64,000 nucleotides of DNA from Negativicutes bacterium. GTDB taxonomy: Bacteria; Bacillota; Negativicutes; UBA1444. A program made the position numbers and the translations under genes. The stretch is from NCBI GenBank assembly GCA_963665275.2, contig CAXXIN010000019.1, positions 128,001-192,000 of the forward strand. Direction: 5' to 3'. Of the stretch, positions 52,672 to 61,610 are shown piece after piece. The number at the start of each line of letters is the position of its first letter. Position 1 is the first letter of the stretch. The notes beneath the pieces were generated by a model, which saw only the letters and a list, made by a program, of their open reading frames with translations, did no database searches and had not been told where the DNA came from.

Positions 52672-53664
52672 TTATTTGTCGCCGTATCCACCCGGATGGC
52701 TGCGGTGCCAGTCCCAGGCTGTGCGCAGGATCGTGTCGACATCGCTGTAACGCATCCGCCAGTTGAAATCCTGCTGGAACTTCGCCGAAGACGCCACCAG
52801 TACGGCAGGGTCGCCGGCGCGGCGCGCGGCCTCCACCACCGGGAAATCAACGCCGGTGATTTTCTTGGCTTTATCGATCACTTCCCGCACCGAAAATCCG
52901 GTCTGCGAGCCGAGATTATAAGTCCGCGACTCACCGCCAGCCAGCAGATGCTCGATCGCCAGCACATGGGCGCTCGCCAGATCCGTCACATGGATGTAAT
53001 CCCGGATGCAGGTGCCGTCCGGCGTCGGGTAATCGGTACCGTACATCGAGATCGCGGTGCGCTGGCCAAGGGCAGTCTGCAGGATCAGCGGGATCAGGTG
53101 GCTCTCTGGAGTATGGTCTTCGCCCACGCCGCCCGCCGGCAGTGCGCCTGCCGCATTGAAATAGCGCAGAACGACATACGAAAATCCGTAGGCCATCGCG
53201 AAATCCGCCAACATTCCCTCAATGATCAGTTTGGTCCGTCCATAAACGTTCGTCGGCCTTAGCGCTGCATCCTCGCGGATCGGACAGGATTCCGGTTCAC
53301 CGTAAACCGCCGCCGTCGACGAGAACACGATTTTTTTGATATTCGCCTGGTTCAATGATTCCAGGAGCGACAGCGTCGCTGCCACATTGTCCCGGTAATA
53401 TTTCGCGGGATTCACCATCGACTCGCCGACTTCGCTCGCCGCTGCGAAGTGCATTACCGCATCGATCGGAAATTTCGCGAACGTCTCCGCCAACAGCGCC
53501 GCATCGCGGATATCGCCCTGGACGAAAGGAACTCCAGCCGGCACAGCGGCTCGATGGCCCTTCACCAGACTGTCGAACACCACGACATCATGCCCCGACG
53601 CCTTCAACTCATGTACCGCGTGAGAGCCGATATACCCAGCCCCACCCGTCACCAATACCTTCAT
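52672..53664 (-). CDS. galE: UDP-glucose 4-epimerase
   Basis: GGAGYIGSH, FSSTAAVYG, YGRTK, LRYFNAAG, RDYIHV. Confidence 0.96.
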   Translation of the reverse strand: MKVLVTGGAGYIGSHAVHELKASGHDVVVFDSLVKGHRAAVPAGVPFVQGDIRDAALLAETFAKFPIDAVMHFAAASEVGESMVNPAKYYRDNVAATLSLLESLNQANIKKIVFSSTAAVYGEPESCPIREDAALRPTNVYGRTKLIIEGMLADFAMAYGFSYVVLRYFNAAGALPAGGVGEDHTPESHLIPLILQTALGQRTAISMYGTDYPTPDGTCIRDYIHVTDLASAHVLAIEHLLAGGESRTYNLGSQTGFSVREVIDKAKKITGVDFPVVEAARRAGDPAVLVASSAKFQQDFNWRMRYSDVDTILRTAWDWHRSHPGGYGDK

Positions 53665-53691
53665 ACAATCGCCTCGCAAATTCTACTTTCT

Positions 53692-53727
53692 TCCATAAAA
53701 GGAAGGATTCCCGGTGCCTGTCACCGG
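53692..53727 (-). repeat. REP-like copy 3 (long type, 34-bp direct repeat with copy 5)
   Basis: Plus strand TCCATAAAAGGAAGGATTCCCGGTGCCTGTCACC. Confidence 0.88.
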
Positions 53728-53772
53728 CTGCGCACTTTCGTTGCGGCAGCCATTGAAGTATAATAAATTTGG

Positions 53773-54015
53773 GTGATGATGATGAAACAGCCGATTGATC
53801 TAAAAACTGCAATGGAACAAACTCGCTGCAAAACGGTCGGACTTCGCGCGGCCTCCATTGTTGTTCCTGAAAAAAAGCCACGTGTGAAACCTCGAAAACC
53901 TAGCGAAACGTTGGCGTTGTGCAGGGCAGTCGTTTGGGCAGTTCTAGAGGCCAAACGCTCCGGTCGGTTGGTGAAACTCTCCCCTGTCGGTTATCGGCTG
54001 CATTGGGAGGAATAA
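53773..54015 (+). CDS. Small basic hypothetical protein, translationally coupled to the downstream nucleotidyltransferase
   Basis: 80-aa ORF whose TAA overlaps the next ATG (TAATG). Confidence 0.65.
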   Translation: MMMMKQPIDLKTAMEQTRCKTVGLRAASIVVPEKKPRVKPRKPSETLALCRAVVWAVLEAKRSGRLVKLSPVGYRLHWEE

Positions 54016-54590
54016 TGGACGAACTCAAACAACTTCTGCACGACTTGCCGCAGGAAAAGTCAATTTTAGAACAACAACTCACAGTCTCGGGCATTATTGC
54101 CGACGCGTTCAAACCGTTTGGCGTTTTCCCTGTCGTTGTGGGCGGGGCTGCAGTTGAATTTTACACGATGGGAAGCTACACCACCCGTGACATCGATCTT
54201 ATCGTGGAAGACCCGGAATTTATTAAAGATGTAATGACCGGTCTGGGCTTTAAAAACGATGCTGGGACCTGGTATCTGCCCGAAAATCCCGCTATCATCG
54301 TTGAATTTCCTAAAGGGCCTCTGGCCGGCGACTGGAAAAGAGTTCAACCAGTTGAGTTGCCGAATGGACACACAGCTTATCTGCTCTCTTTGGAAGATAT
54401 CTTGATTGACCGCACGCTCGCCGCAAAATACTGGGCTGACGGGTCCGAGGAATGGGTGCGCTTCATGATGGTTGCACACTATGAAGAAATCGACTGGAAA
54501 TACCTGCGCCGAGTTGCAACCCGTGAACTGTGCCTCGACACTCTGGAACGCGCCAGGAACTGGGCCCGCCGCAAGCGCAAAAAGCTATAA
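54015..54590 (+). CDS. Pol-beta-superfamily nucleotidyltransferase (DUF6036/AbiEii-like)
   Basis: PVVVGGAAVEFYT..YTTRDIDL motif, LSLEDILIDR; GGAGG RBS. Confidence 0.8.
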   Translation: MDELKQLLHDLPQEKSILEQQLTVSGIIADAFKPFGVFPVVVGGAAVEFYTMGSYTTRDIDLIVEDPEFIKDVMTGLGFKNDAGTWYLPENPAIIVEFPKGPLAGDWKRVQPVELPNGHTAYLLSLEDILIDRTLAAKYWADGSEEWVRFMMVAHYEEIDWKYLRRVATRELCLDTLERARNWARRKRKKL

Positions 54591-55163
54591 TTACTTTCCG
54601 GTGCCTGTCACCGGTTTTTTTTCGTCTTCTTGCACCGAAGCATTCACATAGTTGATCCAATCAAGCGGCAATTCAATAGGTGGTTGCGACAATATCGACC
54701 ACGCAGGACTCGGGAGCCTTCGCTCATGCGCAGACGACCACCGCCAGTCATCGCAGGATTTACACAATCCGGCCCGCACTGGATTGGCCTCAACATAACG
54801 CATCAGAGTAAACATCTGAGCATCATCTTTGACCAGCAGCGATTTATATCTTCCCTGCCATACATGCCCGACACTCTCATATTTTTCCCGATACCGATGC
54901 GAATGCGTAGACAAAAGCCAGTGCATACCACGGGACATATTGTCTGCCTCCATCGGCCATAACACAAAATGAAAATGGTTGGGCATCAAACTGTAGGCCA
55001 ATACCCGCACTGGGAATTTTTCTTGCGCCGATTGCATTAAATCCAGGAAGTCTACATAATCCTGATTTGTTTGGAAAACAGCTTCCCGATTATTTCCCCG
55101 ATTCAATACGTGATAAATAAATCCATCACATATGGACCTGGCCATCCGAGGCATATGCGCCAC
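54591..55163 (-). mobile_element. REP-associated tyrosine transposase (RAYT / Y1 HUH)
   Basis: YHVLNRGNNREAVF, LAYSLMPNHFH (HUH), WQGRYKS, RYVEANPVRAGL..WRWSS. Confidence 0.93.
54598..54614 (-). repeat. REP-like copy 4 CCGGTGACAGGCACCGG, inside the RAYT 3' coding end
   Basis: Encodes ..PVTGTG.. of the RAYT C-terminus. Confidence 0.88.
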
Positions 55164-55204
55164 TTCTTTCGTTACGCCAAAGCTCGACTTTTTTTACATA
55201 CATA

Positions 55205-55238
55205 TCCATAAAAGGGAGGATTGTCGGTGCCTGTCACC
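55205..55238 (-). repeat. REP-like copy 5 (long type), 14 nt after the galU stop
   Basis: Plus strand TCCATAAAAGGGAGGATTGTCGGTGCCTGTCACC, 31/34 identical to copy 3. Confidence 0.88.
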
Positions 55239-55252
55239 CCTTCCCCCCACAT

Positions 55253-56140
55253 TCATAGGTCGGTTTCCCGGCCAACGGTTTTCATCAGAAAGCGCAGGAA
55301 CGGATCACGCAGATCAGGACGCTTGAGGGCGAAGTCCACCGTCGCCTCGAGGAATCCCTGCTTGTCGCCCACATCGTAGCGGCGCCCTTCAAATTCATAG
55401 GCATAGACCGGCTCGATCTCCGAAAGCTTCTTCAGCGCATCGGTCAGCTGAATCTCGCCGCCCCGACCTGGCTCGGTCTTCTCCAGAATCCCGAAGATTT
55501 TCGGAGAAATGATATAGCGTCCGAGCACCGCGAGTCGGGACGGAGCTTCCTCGATCGAGGGTTTCTCCACCAGATCATCGGCCCGCCACAGGCGCTCACT
55601 CACCGCAGTCGGCTTCACCACGCCATAGCTCGACACCCGGTCTTTCGGCACTTCCTGTACGCCCAACACACTGCCGCCGCAGCTGTCGTAAACATCCATC
55701 AGCTGTTTCAGCACCGGCACTTCGGCGTCCATGATATCATCGCCCAGCAGCACCGCGAACGGTTCGTCGCCGACGAAATGCTTGGCGCAGAGCACTGCGT
55801 GCCCCAGACCCTTCGGCTCCTTCTGCCGCACGTAGTGAATCGTCACTCGCGAGAGTTCCTGCACCAGTCCGAGTAAATCATATTTCCCCTGGGCCTTCAG
55901 CGTCATTTCCAGCTCGATCGCGCGGTCGAAGTGGTCTTCGATGGCGCGTTTGTTGCGGCCGGTGATGATCAGGATATCCTCAATGCCCGAATCGATCGCT
56001 TCTTCAATAATGTACTGGATACAGGGCTTGTCCACGATCGGCAGCATTTCTTTGGGTTGTGCCTTGGTCGCAGGCAAAAAACGTGTCCCGAGTCCCGCCG
56101 CCGGAATGACCGCCGTTCGAATACTAGGCTTTTTCTGCAT
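55253..56140 (-). CDS. galU: UTP--glucose-1-phosphate uridylyltransferase
   Basis: AVIPAAGLGTRFLPATKAQPKEMLPIVDKP, GLGHAV, VEKP. Confidence 0.97.
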   Translation of the reverse strand: MQKKPSIRTAVIPAAGLGTRFLPATKAQPKEMLPIVDKPCIQYIIEEAIDSGIEDILIITGRNKRAIEDHFDRAIELEMTLKAQGKYDLLGLVQELSRVTIHYVRQKEPKGLGHAVLCAKHFVGDEPFAVLLGDDIMDAEVPVLKQLMDVYDSCGGSVLGVQEVPKDRVSSYGVVKPTAVSERLWRADDLVEKPSIEEAPSRLAVLGRYIISPKIFGILEKTEPGRGGEIQLTDALKKLSEIEPVYAYEFEGRRYDVGDKQGFLEATVDFALKRPDLRDPFLRFLMKTVGRETDL

Positions 56141-57533
56141 GTTCCACCGCCCCTTTCAAAATTTGCTGCACCGCCTCGCTGCTCTGCGCCTCGCAATAAA
56201 CACGCACGATCGGCTCGGTGCCCGATCCCCGGAAAATCACCCAGCCATCGGCAAACTCCAGCTTCGTTCCATCCCCGACCGTCACCGCCAGCACCGGCTT
56301 GCCGCCGATTGCCTGGGGCGCCGCGCTTTCCAGGGCGCTCATCAGGCGTTCCTTGCGCGCCATGTCCAAATGCAGATCCCGCCGGTCATAGAAGAAACTG
56401 CCCAGTTCGGCCGACATCTCGTCAAGCAACTGTCCCAATGTCTTGCCGTAAGCTGCCGCTGTTTCGATCAGCAAAAAGCCAAGCAGGATACCATCACGTT
56501 CCGGAATATAGCCTTTGACCGACAGACCGCCGGACTCCTCGCCGCCGATCAGGACATTCTCTTTCAGCATCAGCTCCGCCACATACTTGAATCCGACCGG
56601 AGTCTGGCGCGTCTGCAGCTCGTATTTTTCGCACAGGCGCTTCACTTGCTCCGACATTGTCAGCGTCTGCACCACGATTCCCCTGAGGCCGCGTTTTTCA
56701 ACCAAATATTTCAGCAGCAGACACAGAATCTGGTAGGGAGTAATGTAGCGGCCATCCGAATCAATGGCGCCGATGCGGTCGCCATCCCCATCCGTGGCCA
56801 GCCCGATATACGCTTTTTGCTCCAGCACCGCCTGCCGCAGAGCATCCAGATTCTTCTCGATCGGCTCCGGATTCACGCCGCCGAACATCGGATCATAGCT
56901 GCTGCGGACTTCGGTGAGATTCAGACCGTACGTCTCCGCCAGGTCGGCCGCATACCCTTGCGCCGAACCGTGCATCACGTCGAATACGATTTTGTCCTTG
57001 AACGTCATCAGGATCTCGGGATCTAGCATCTGCCGCACATGATCGAGATAAGACTTTTGCGCCGAATACTTTTCCACCGACGCCGGCAGCGGTATTTTCG
57101 GCACGACCGTCTTCTCGCCTTCCAGCCGGCTCACGCAGGATTCAATCTCCGCCACCAGCTCCGGCGGCGCAGAACCGCCGAAAGAGGCCTTGAACTTCAG
57201 CCCGTTATACTCCGGCGGGTTGTGGCTCGCGGTGATCATCACGCCGCCTGCCGCTTTGCGATCCTTCACCTGCCAGGTCAACGCCGGGCTCGACAGCATC
57301 TCCGAGGATAGCCACACCTTGATGCCCTCATCCGCCAGCACCGCCGCACAGTCCTGCGCGTACTTCGCCGACAGGAATCGCGCATCATAGCCGACCACGA
57401 TCCCCTTGGACTGCTCCTCACGGCGTCTCACCCATTCCGCGATGCCCGCCGCCACCAGCCGCACATTGGCGAATGTGTAGTCCTCGCTGATCACTCCTCG
57501 CCAGCCGTCAGTCCCGAATTTTATCTTAGCCAT
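56124..57533 (-). CDS. Phosphoglucomutase/phosphomannomutase
   Basis: FGTDGWRG, TASHNP, DGDGDR, GEESGG, RGSGTEP. Confidence 0.95.
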   Translation of the reverse strand: MAKIKFGTDGWRGVISEDYTFANVRLVAAGIAEWVRRREEQSKGIVVGYDARFLSAKYAQDCAAVLADEGIKVWLSSEMLSSPALTWQVKDRKAAGGVMITASHNPPEYNGLKFKASFGGSAPPELVAEIESCVSRLEGEKTVVPKIPLPASVEKYSAQKSYLDHVRQMLDPEILMTFKDKIVFDVMHGSAQGYAADLAETYGLNLTEVRSSYDPMFGGVNPEPIEKNLDALRQAVLEQKAYIGLATDGDGDRIGAIDSDGRYITPYQILCLLLKYLVEKRGLRGIVVQTLTMSEQVKRLCEKYELQTRQTPVGFKYVAELMLKENVLIGGEESGGLSVKGYIPERDGILLGFLLIETAAAYGKTLGQLLDEMSAELGSFFYDRRDLHLDMARKERLMSALESAAPQAIGGKPVLAVTVGDGTKLEFADGWVIFRGSGTEPIVRVYCEAQSSEAVQQILKGAVEHAEKA

Positions 57534-57558
57534 GAGCCAACCTCCCTAATTCTCTCAA

Positions 57559-57589
57559 AAATGTCAGAGATCCCGGTGCCTGTCACCGG
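57559..57589 (-). repeat. REP-like copy 6, supplies manC stop codon
   Basis: Minus strand CCGGTGACAGGCACCGGGATCTCTGACATTT. Confidence 0.88.
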
Positions 57590-58980
57590 CCTGCACGGCC
57601 GTAAACGTCCTCGAAACGCACGATGTCGTCTTCTCCCAGATAGCGGCCGCTCTGCACCTCGATGAGGACCAGGGGCACCTTGCCCGGATTGGCCAGTCGA
57701 TGCTTCACCGTCTGCGGCACGAACACACTTTCATCATCGCACACCAGTTGTTCCCGATCGCCGATCGTCACCAGCGCGGTCCCGCTGACCACCACCCAGT
57801 GTTCGCTGCGATGATGGTGCATTTGTAGGCTCAGCACCTGAGCTGGATTCACGACAATCCGCTTGATCTTGTAGTCAGGCCCTTCGCCCAGAATTGTGTA
57901 GTTGCCCCATGGTCGATAATCAGTCAGATGCTCGCTGGCCTCACGCCGTCCTTTGGCTTTCAGCCGCGCCACCACATCCTTCACTTTCTGCGACTCGCCT
58001 TTTTTCGCCACCAGGATAGCATCCGCCGTCTCGATGACAATCATGTCTTCCAGCCCAATGCCGGCTACCAGGTGTCGGTGCGACAGCATTAGCGTATTGT
58101 TGCAATCAATATTGATGCAGTCGCCTTGTACCGCATTGCCGGCTTCATCCTTGCCCAGCACATCGTAGATCGCGTCCCAGGATCCAATGTCGTTCCAGTA
58201 AGCCGCCAGAGGGATGACGAGTACATCGGCCGCCTTCTCCATGATACCGTAGTCGATCGACACATCAGGCATCTGCTCGAACTGCTCCAGCACCGTCTCC
58301 ACCGGTTGGGCTGTCAATGCGCTGATGGCAGGCTGTTGCGCGGCCAGTTCCTGCAAAAACCGTCCCATCGTGAAGGCGAACATGCCGGAGTTCCAGTAAT
58401 AATTTCCTGCCGCCACATACTTCTCGGCTGTCTCACGGTCGGGTTTCTCGCGGAAGGAATTCACCACGAACGCCCCGTTGAAAGAATCACCGGCCTGAAT
58501 GTAGCCGTAGCCAGTCTCAGGCGAGGACGGCTTCACGCCGAACGTCACAATACTGCCTGTCTCCGCCAGTTTCACGGCTTCCAGCACTCCGGCGGCGAAT
58601 ACGTCAACCGGGCGGATCACATGGTCGCAGGGAGTGACGAATAGCACTTCTGAATCGGCGACCCCCAGTTTGTCACGGCAAAAAGCAGCCGCCAAAGCGA
58701 TGGCCGGGGCGGTGTTGCGACCTGCCGGCTCCAGTGCCACCTGCGCCTCCGAAGCTCCGCAGGAAGCGAGTTCAGACTTCACCAAATATTCGTGCATCTG
58801 ATTGGTGATGACAACGAGATTTTTCGCCTCCGTTACGGCCAAAAACCGCTGCACGGTCTGGACAAACAGGGACTCTGCGCCGGTCACTTTCAAAAACTGT
58901 TTCGGGAACCGCGCACGGGAAAGCGGGAACAGGCGGGTGCCGCCGCCGCCAGCAAGCAAAATAATTTTCATCGGAATCAA
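57583..58980 (-). CDS. manC: Mannose-1-phosphate guanylyltransferase / mannose-6-phosphate isomerase
   Basis: LAGGGGTRLFPLSR..PKQF, EPAGRNTAPAI, RPWG, SLQMHHHRSEHW cupin. Confidence 0.95.
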   Translation of the reverse strand: MIPMKIILLAGGGGTRLFPLSRARFPKQFLKVTGAESLFVQTVQRFLAVTEAKNLVVITNQMHEYLVKSELASCGASEAQVALEPAGRNTAPAIALAAAFCRDKLGVADSEVLFVTPCDHVIRPVDVFAAGVLEAVKLAETGSIVTFGVKPSSPETGYGYIQAGDSFNGAFVVNSFREKPDRETAEKYVAAGNYYWNSGMFAFTMGRFLQELAAQQPAISALTAQPVETVLEQFEQMPDVSIDYGIMEKAADVLVIPLAAYWNDIGSWDAIYDVLGKDEAGNAVQGDCINIDCNNTLMLSHRHLVAGIGLEDMIVIETADAILVAKKGESQKVKDVVARLKAKGRREASEHLTDYRPWGNYTILGEGPDYKIKRIVVNPAQVLSLQMHHHRSEHWVVVSGTALVTIGDREQLVCDDESVFVPQTVKHRLANPGKVPLVLIEVQSGRYLGEDDIVRFEDVYGRAGR

Positions 58981-59200
58981 TTCCTCTCCGTCATCTTTTT
59001 TGCTGCGATTTATTCATTGAATATGCAGCCAATATACATCCGGCCACGACTTATAACGTATTTTATTTCGTCAAGTTGTCCCATATTTCCTGCCAGTTTT
59101 TCCATACCGGCGATAAATTAATGCCCCTACTCAGCTTCCTGTGATATAATTTTCCAAGAGTTTTCAGTAAAAATTTATCCGGGGCGGGGGGAATCTGCAC

Positions 59201-60298
59201 TTGAGTCGAAAATCTGCACCGCATCAAAACATTCTCATCATCCACACGCATGGCGGCATGGGCGACCTGCTGCTGTCTTCGGTTTTGGCGGAAGCTATGC
59301 ACCGCTGCTACCCCGGCTGCCGCGTAACTTTTTGGCCGAATCAGCGCTTCGCGGCGCTGCTCGAGCATCACCCGTTCATTGACGCCTGCCTCGACCTTGA
59401 CCCCTCCGCCTCGCTTTTGACCAAAGCCCGGTGGCTCCACGCCGAACACTTCGACACCGTCCTCGTTCCTTGGTCGGTCAGCTCTCATGCGTGGCTCACT
59501 GCGCTCGCCGGTATCCCGACCCGCGTCGGACAGGGCGGTCGTCTCACCTACAGTTTTCTCTTCACCCACCCGGTTCGGGTGCGCTCCGTATACGGCGACA
59601 TCACCAGCCACTGGACGGACATCCAGCTCGACTACGCCCGCGCCATCGGCTGCGAGACTCCGTCTGACCTCTTGCCTGTCGTCATCACCACCCCACAGGA
59701 AAAAGCAACGGCCGCCGCCTTTTTGCCAAGCGTCGGCATCTTGGGCGAACGGCCGGTCTGCGGCCTCCATATCTGCAAAGGTCTGGCGGTGGACGAACAG
59801 CGCTGGCCCATCGACCGCTTCGCAGATATCGCCGCCGGAATGATGCGCAAAGGGTTCGACGTCGTACTGACAGGCACCGCCAGCGAAAATCCGCTCACCG
59901 CCAGAGTGCGGGAACTGGCGCAAGCTCAACAGCCGGTAGAAACCGATCGTGCGGATACACACGCCCGCCCCCCCCTGATCTTCGACCTTGCCGGCGTCTG
60001 TTCGCTGCGCGAGACGGCTGCCGTTCTCGAACGCATGAACGTCTTCATCTGCCCGGACACCGGAACCGGCCACCTGGCCGCCGCCCTCGGCGTCCCGGTC
60101 GTCTCCATATTCCCCCTGCGCTCCGACATACCGGCCCGCTGGCGGCCAGCCATTGCCGGATCCCGCATCATCCGACCCACGAATTACGAGTGCACCGGCC
60201 CCTGTGTGAAGGAAACCTGCCCCCGCTTCACCTGCCTGCTGCACATCGATGCAGGCGAAGTGGTCCGGGCGGCAGAAGAAATCGCAAAACGGGTGTAA
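59201..60298 (+). CDS. Glycosyltransferase family 9 (heptosyltransferase-like)
   Basis: GGMGDLLL, RWP..RF, DTGTGHLAAALGVPVVSIF. Confidence 0.9.
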   Translation: MSRKSAPHQNILIIHTHGGMGDLLLSSVLAEAMHRCYPGCRVTFWPNQRFAALLEHHPFIDACLDLDPSASLLTKARWLHAEHFDTVLVPWSVSSHAWLTALAGIPTRVGQGGRLTYSFLFTHPVRVRSVYGDITSHWTDIQLDYARAIGCETPSDLLPVVITTPQEKATAAAFLPSVGILGERPVCGLHICKGLAVDEQRWPIDRFADIAAGMMRKGFDVVLTGTASENPLTARVRELAQAQQPVETDRADTHARPPLIFDLAGVCSLRETAAVLERMNVFICPDTGTGHLAAALGVPVVSIFPLRSDIPARWRPAIAGSRIIRPTNYECTGPCVKETCPRFTCLLHIDAGEVVRAAEEIAKRV

Positions 60299-60330
60299 TG
60301 AAAGTCGCGGGGCAACTGTCAGAAAAATTT

Positions 60331-60370
60331 AAACAGGAGGTGTGAAATCTATCTTTCACACCTCCTGTTT
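60331..60370. terminator. Bidirectional terminator AAACAGGAGGTGTGAAA / TTTCACACCTCCTGTTT
   Basis: Perfect 17-bp arms between convergent GT9 and KAS III genes. Confidence 0.8.
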
Positions 60371-60417
60371 TCTCATACAAACCCCGACGGAGATCCCGTC
60401 ACTCGTCTTTACTCGGA

Positions 60418-61431
60418 CTATTTTGTTGCTTTCTTCCAAGTCCGAGACAGGTCCAGAACGCAGCCTGCCCACGACAATCCGACGCCGAACCCGATGGACA
60501 CTACCTTTTTCAGGGTGGTTGCATCCACGGACTGCAGAATTTCAGCCAGCGCCAGCGGGATCGTGCTGGAAACGGTGTTCCCATACCGATCCGGCTTATT
60601 CCAGAAAGGCAGGTCGTTCAGTTTGCATTTGTGCTGAATCGACTCCAACATGAACCGATTCGCCTGATGAAAAACATAATAGTCGACGTCTTCCCGCTTC
60701 AGACCTGCGGCTTCCAGCACTTTTTTCAAGGTCTTGGGAACCACATCCTGAGCAAAAGAAATGACCGATCGCCCATTCATATAGAGATTGTAATTGGTTC
60801 TTTTGTTGCCGGCCGAATCAACAGTTTCGATTTCGGCAGTCGCGCCACCCGGTTCGCGCATTCCCCCGACCGGCACGATGATATCGGGGCCTCCGGATCC
60901 ATCCGTCCCGAAAACAAAGGCACGCAGTCCGTCCTGCGCCGTATCTTCCACCTCGAGAAGCGTCGCTGTCGCCGCGTCGCCGAAGATCGCCCGAGCTGCT
61001 GCGTCTTGCGGATGGGTCCATTTGCTGTAGGTTTCCGCCGTCAACAACAACACATGCTTCGCCTGGCCCGTTTCCAACAGCCCTTTGGCGACAGACAAGC
61101 CAAAAATATAGCCTGAACAGCCCAGGTTCAAATCAAACGCGCCGCAATTCCGGGATATCCCCAAACGGTGCTGCAACAGGCAAGCCGTCGTCGGCAGAAA
61201 ATAATCAGGCGACTGTGTGCACAAAATAATGAAATCTATTTTTGAACGATCAATGCCATAATCCGAAAATAAATTTTCTGCGGCGCAAACAGCCATATCC
61301 GAGGAGCATTCGTCCGGCGCCGCAATATGCCGTTCGTAGATCCCTGTTTTCTTTGTAATCCGGGAGTCGGCATCATTATATTCGATCTGACGGGGTACAT
61401 AGGTGGAAATCCCTTTAATATAAGCTTTCAT
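60418..61431 (-). CDS. 3-oxoacyl-ACP synthase III (FabH-like)
   Basis: FDLNLGCSG catalytic Cys, FHQAN, YGNTVS, GFGVGLSW. Confidence 0.9.
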   Translation of the reverse strand: MKAYIKGISTYVPRQIEYNDADSRITKKTGIYERHIAAPDECSSDMAVCAAENLFSDYGIDRSKIDFIILCTQSPDYFLPTTACLLQHRLGISRNCGAFDLNLGCSGYIFGLSVAKGLLETGQAKHVLLLTAETYSKWTHPQDAAARAIFGDAATATLLEVEDTAQDGLRAFVFGTDGSGGPDIIVPVGGMREPGGATAEIETVDSAGNKRTNYNLYMNGRSVISFAQDVVPKTLKKVLEAAGLKREDVDYYVFHQANRFMLESIQHKCKLNDLPFWNKPDRYGNTVSSTIPLALAEILQSVDATTLKKVVSIGFGVGLSWAGCVLDLSRTWKKATK

Positions 61432-61581
61432 TTTCAACCCTTTCCTATCGTAATCATGCAGCAAGAAAAAACACGAAGCCCATCCTCGTGTTCATGTGTC
61501 CTGTTAATATTATAACTTGAATCCGAGATAAAGCTCAACAAATAAATTCCAGCCGTCCTCTTCATCCATCATTTGTAAAAT

Positions 61582-61610
61582 ATGTCAGAGATCGCGGTGC
61601 CTGTCACCGG
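61582..61610 (-). repeat. REP-like copy 7, supplies ydcF stop codon
   Basis: Minus strand CCGGTGACAGGCACCGCGATCTCTGACAT. Confidence 0.88.
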
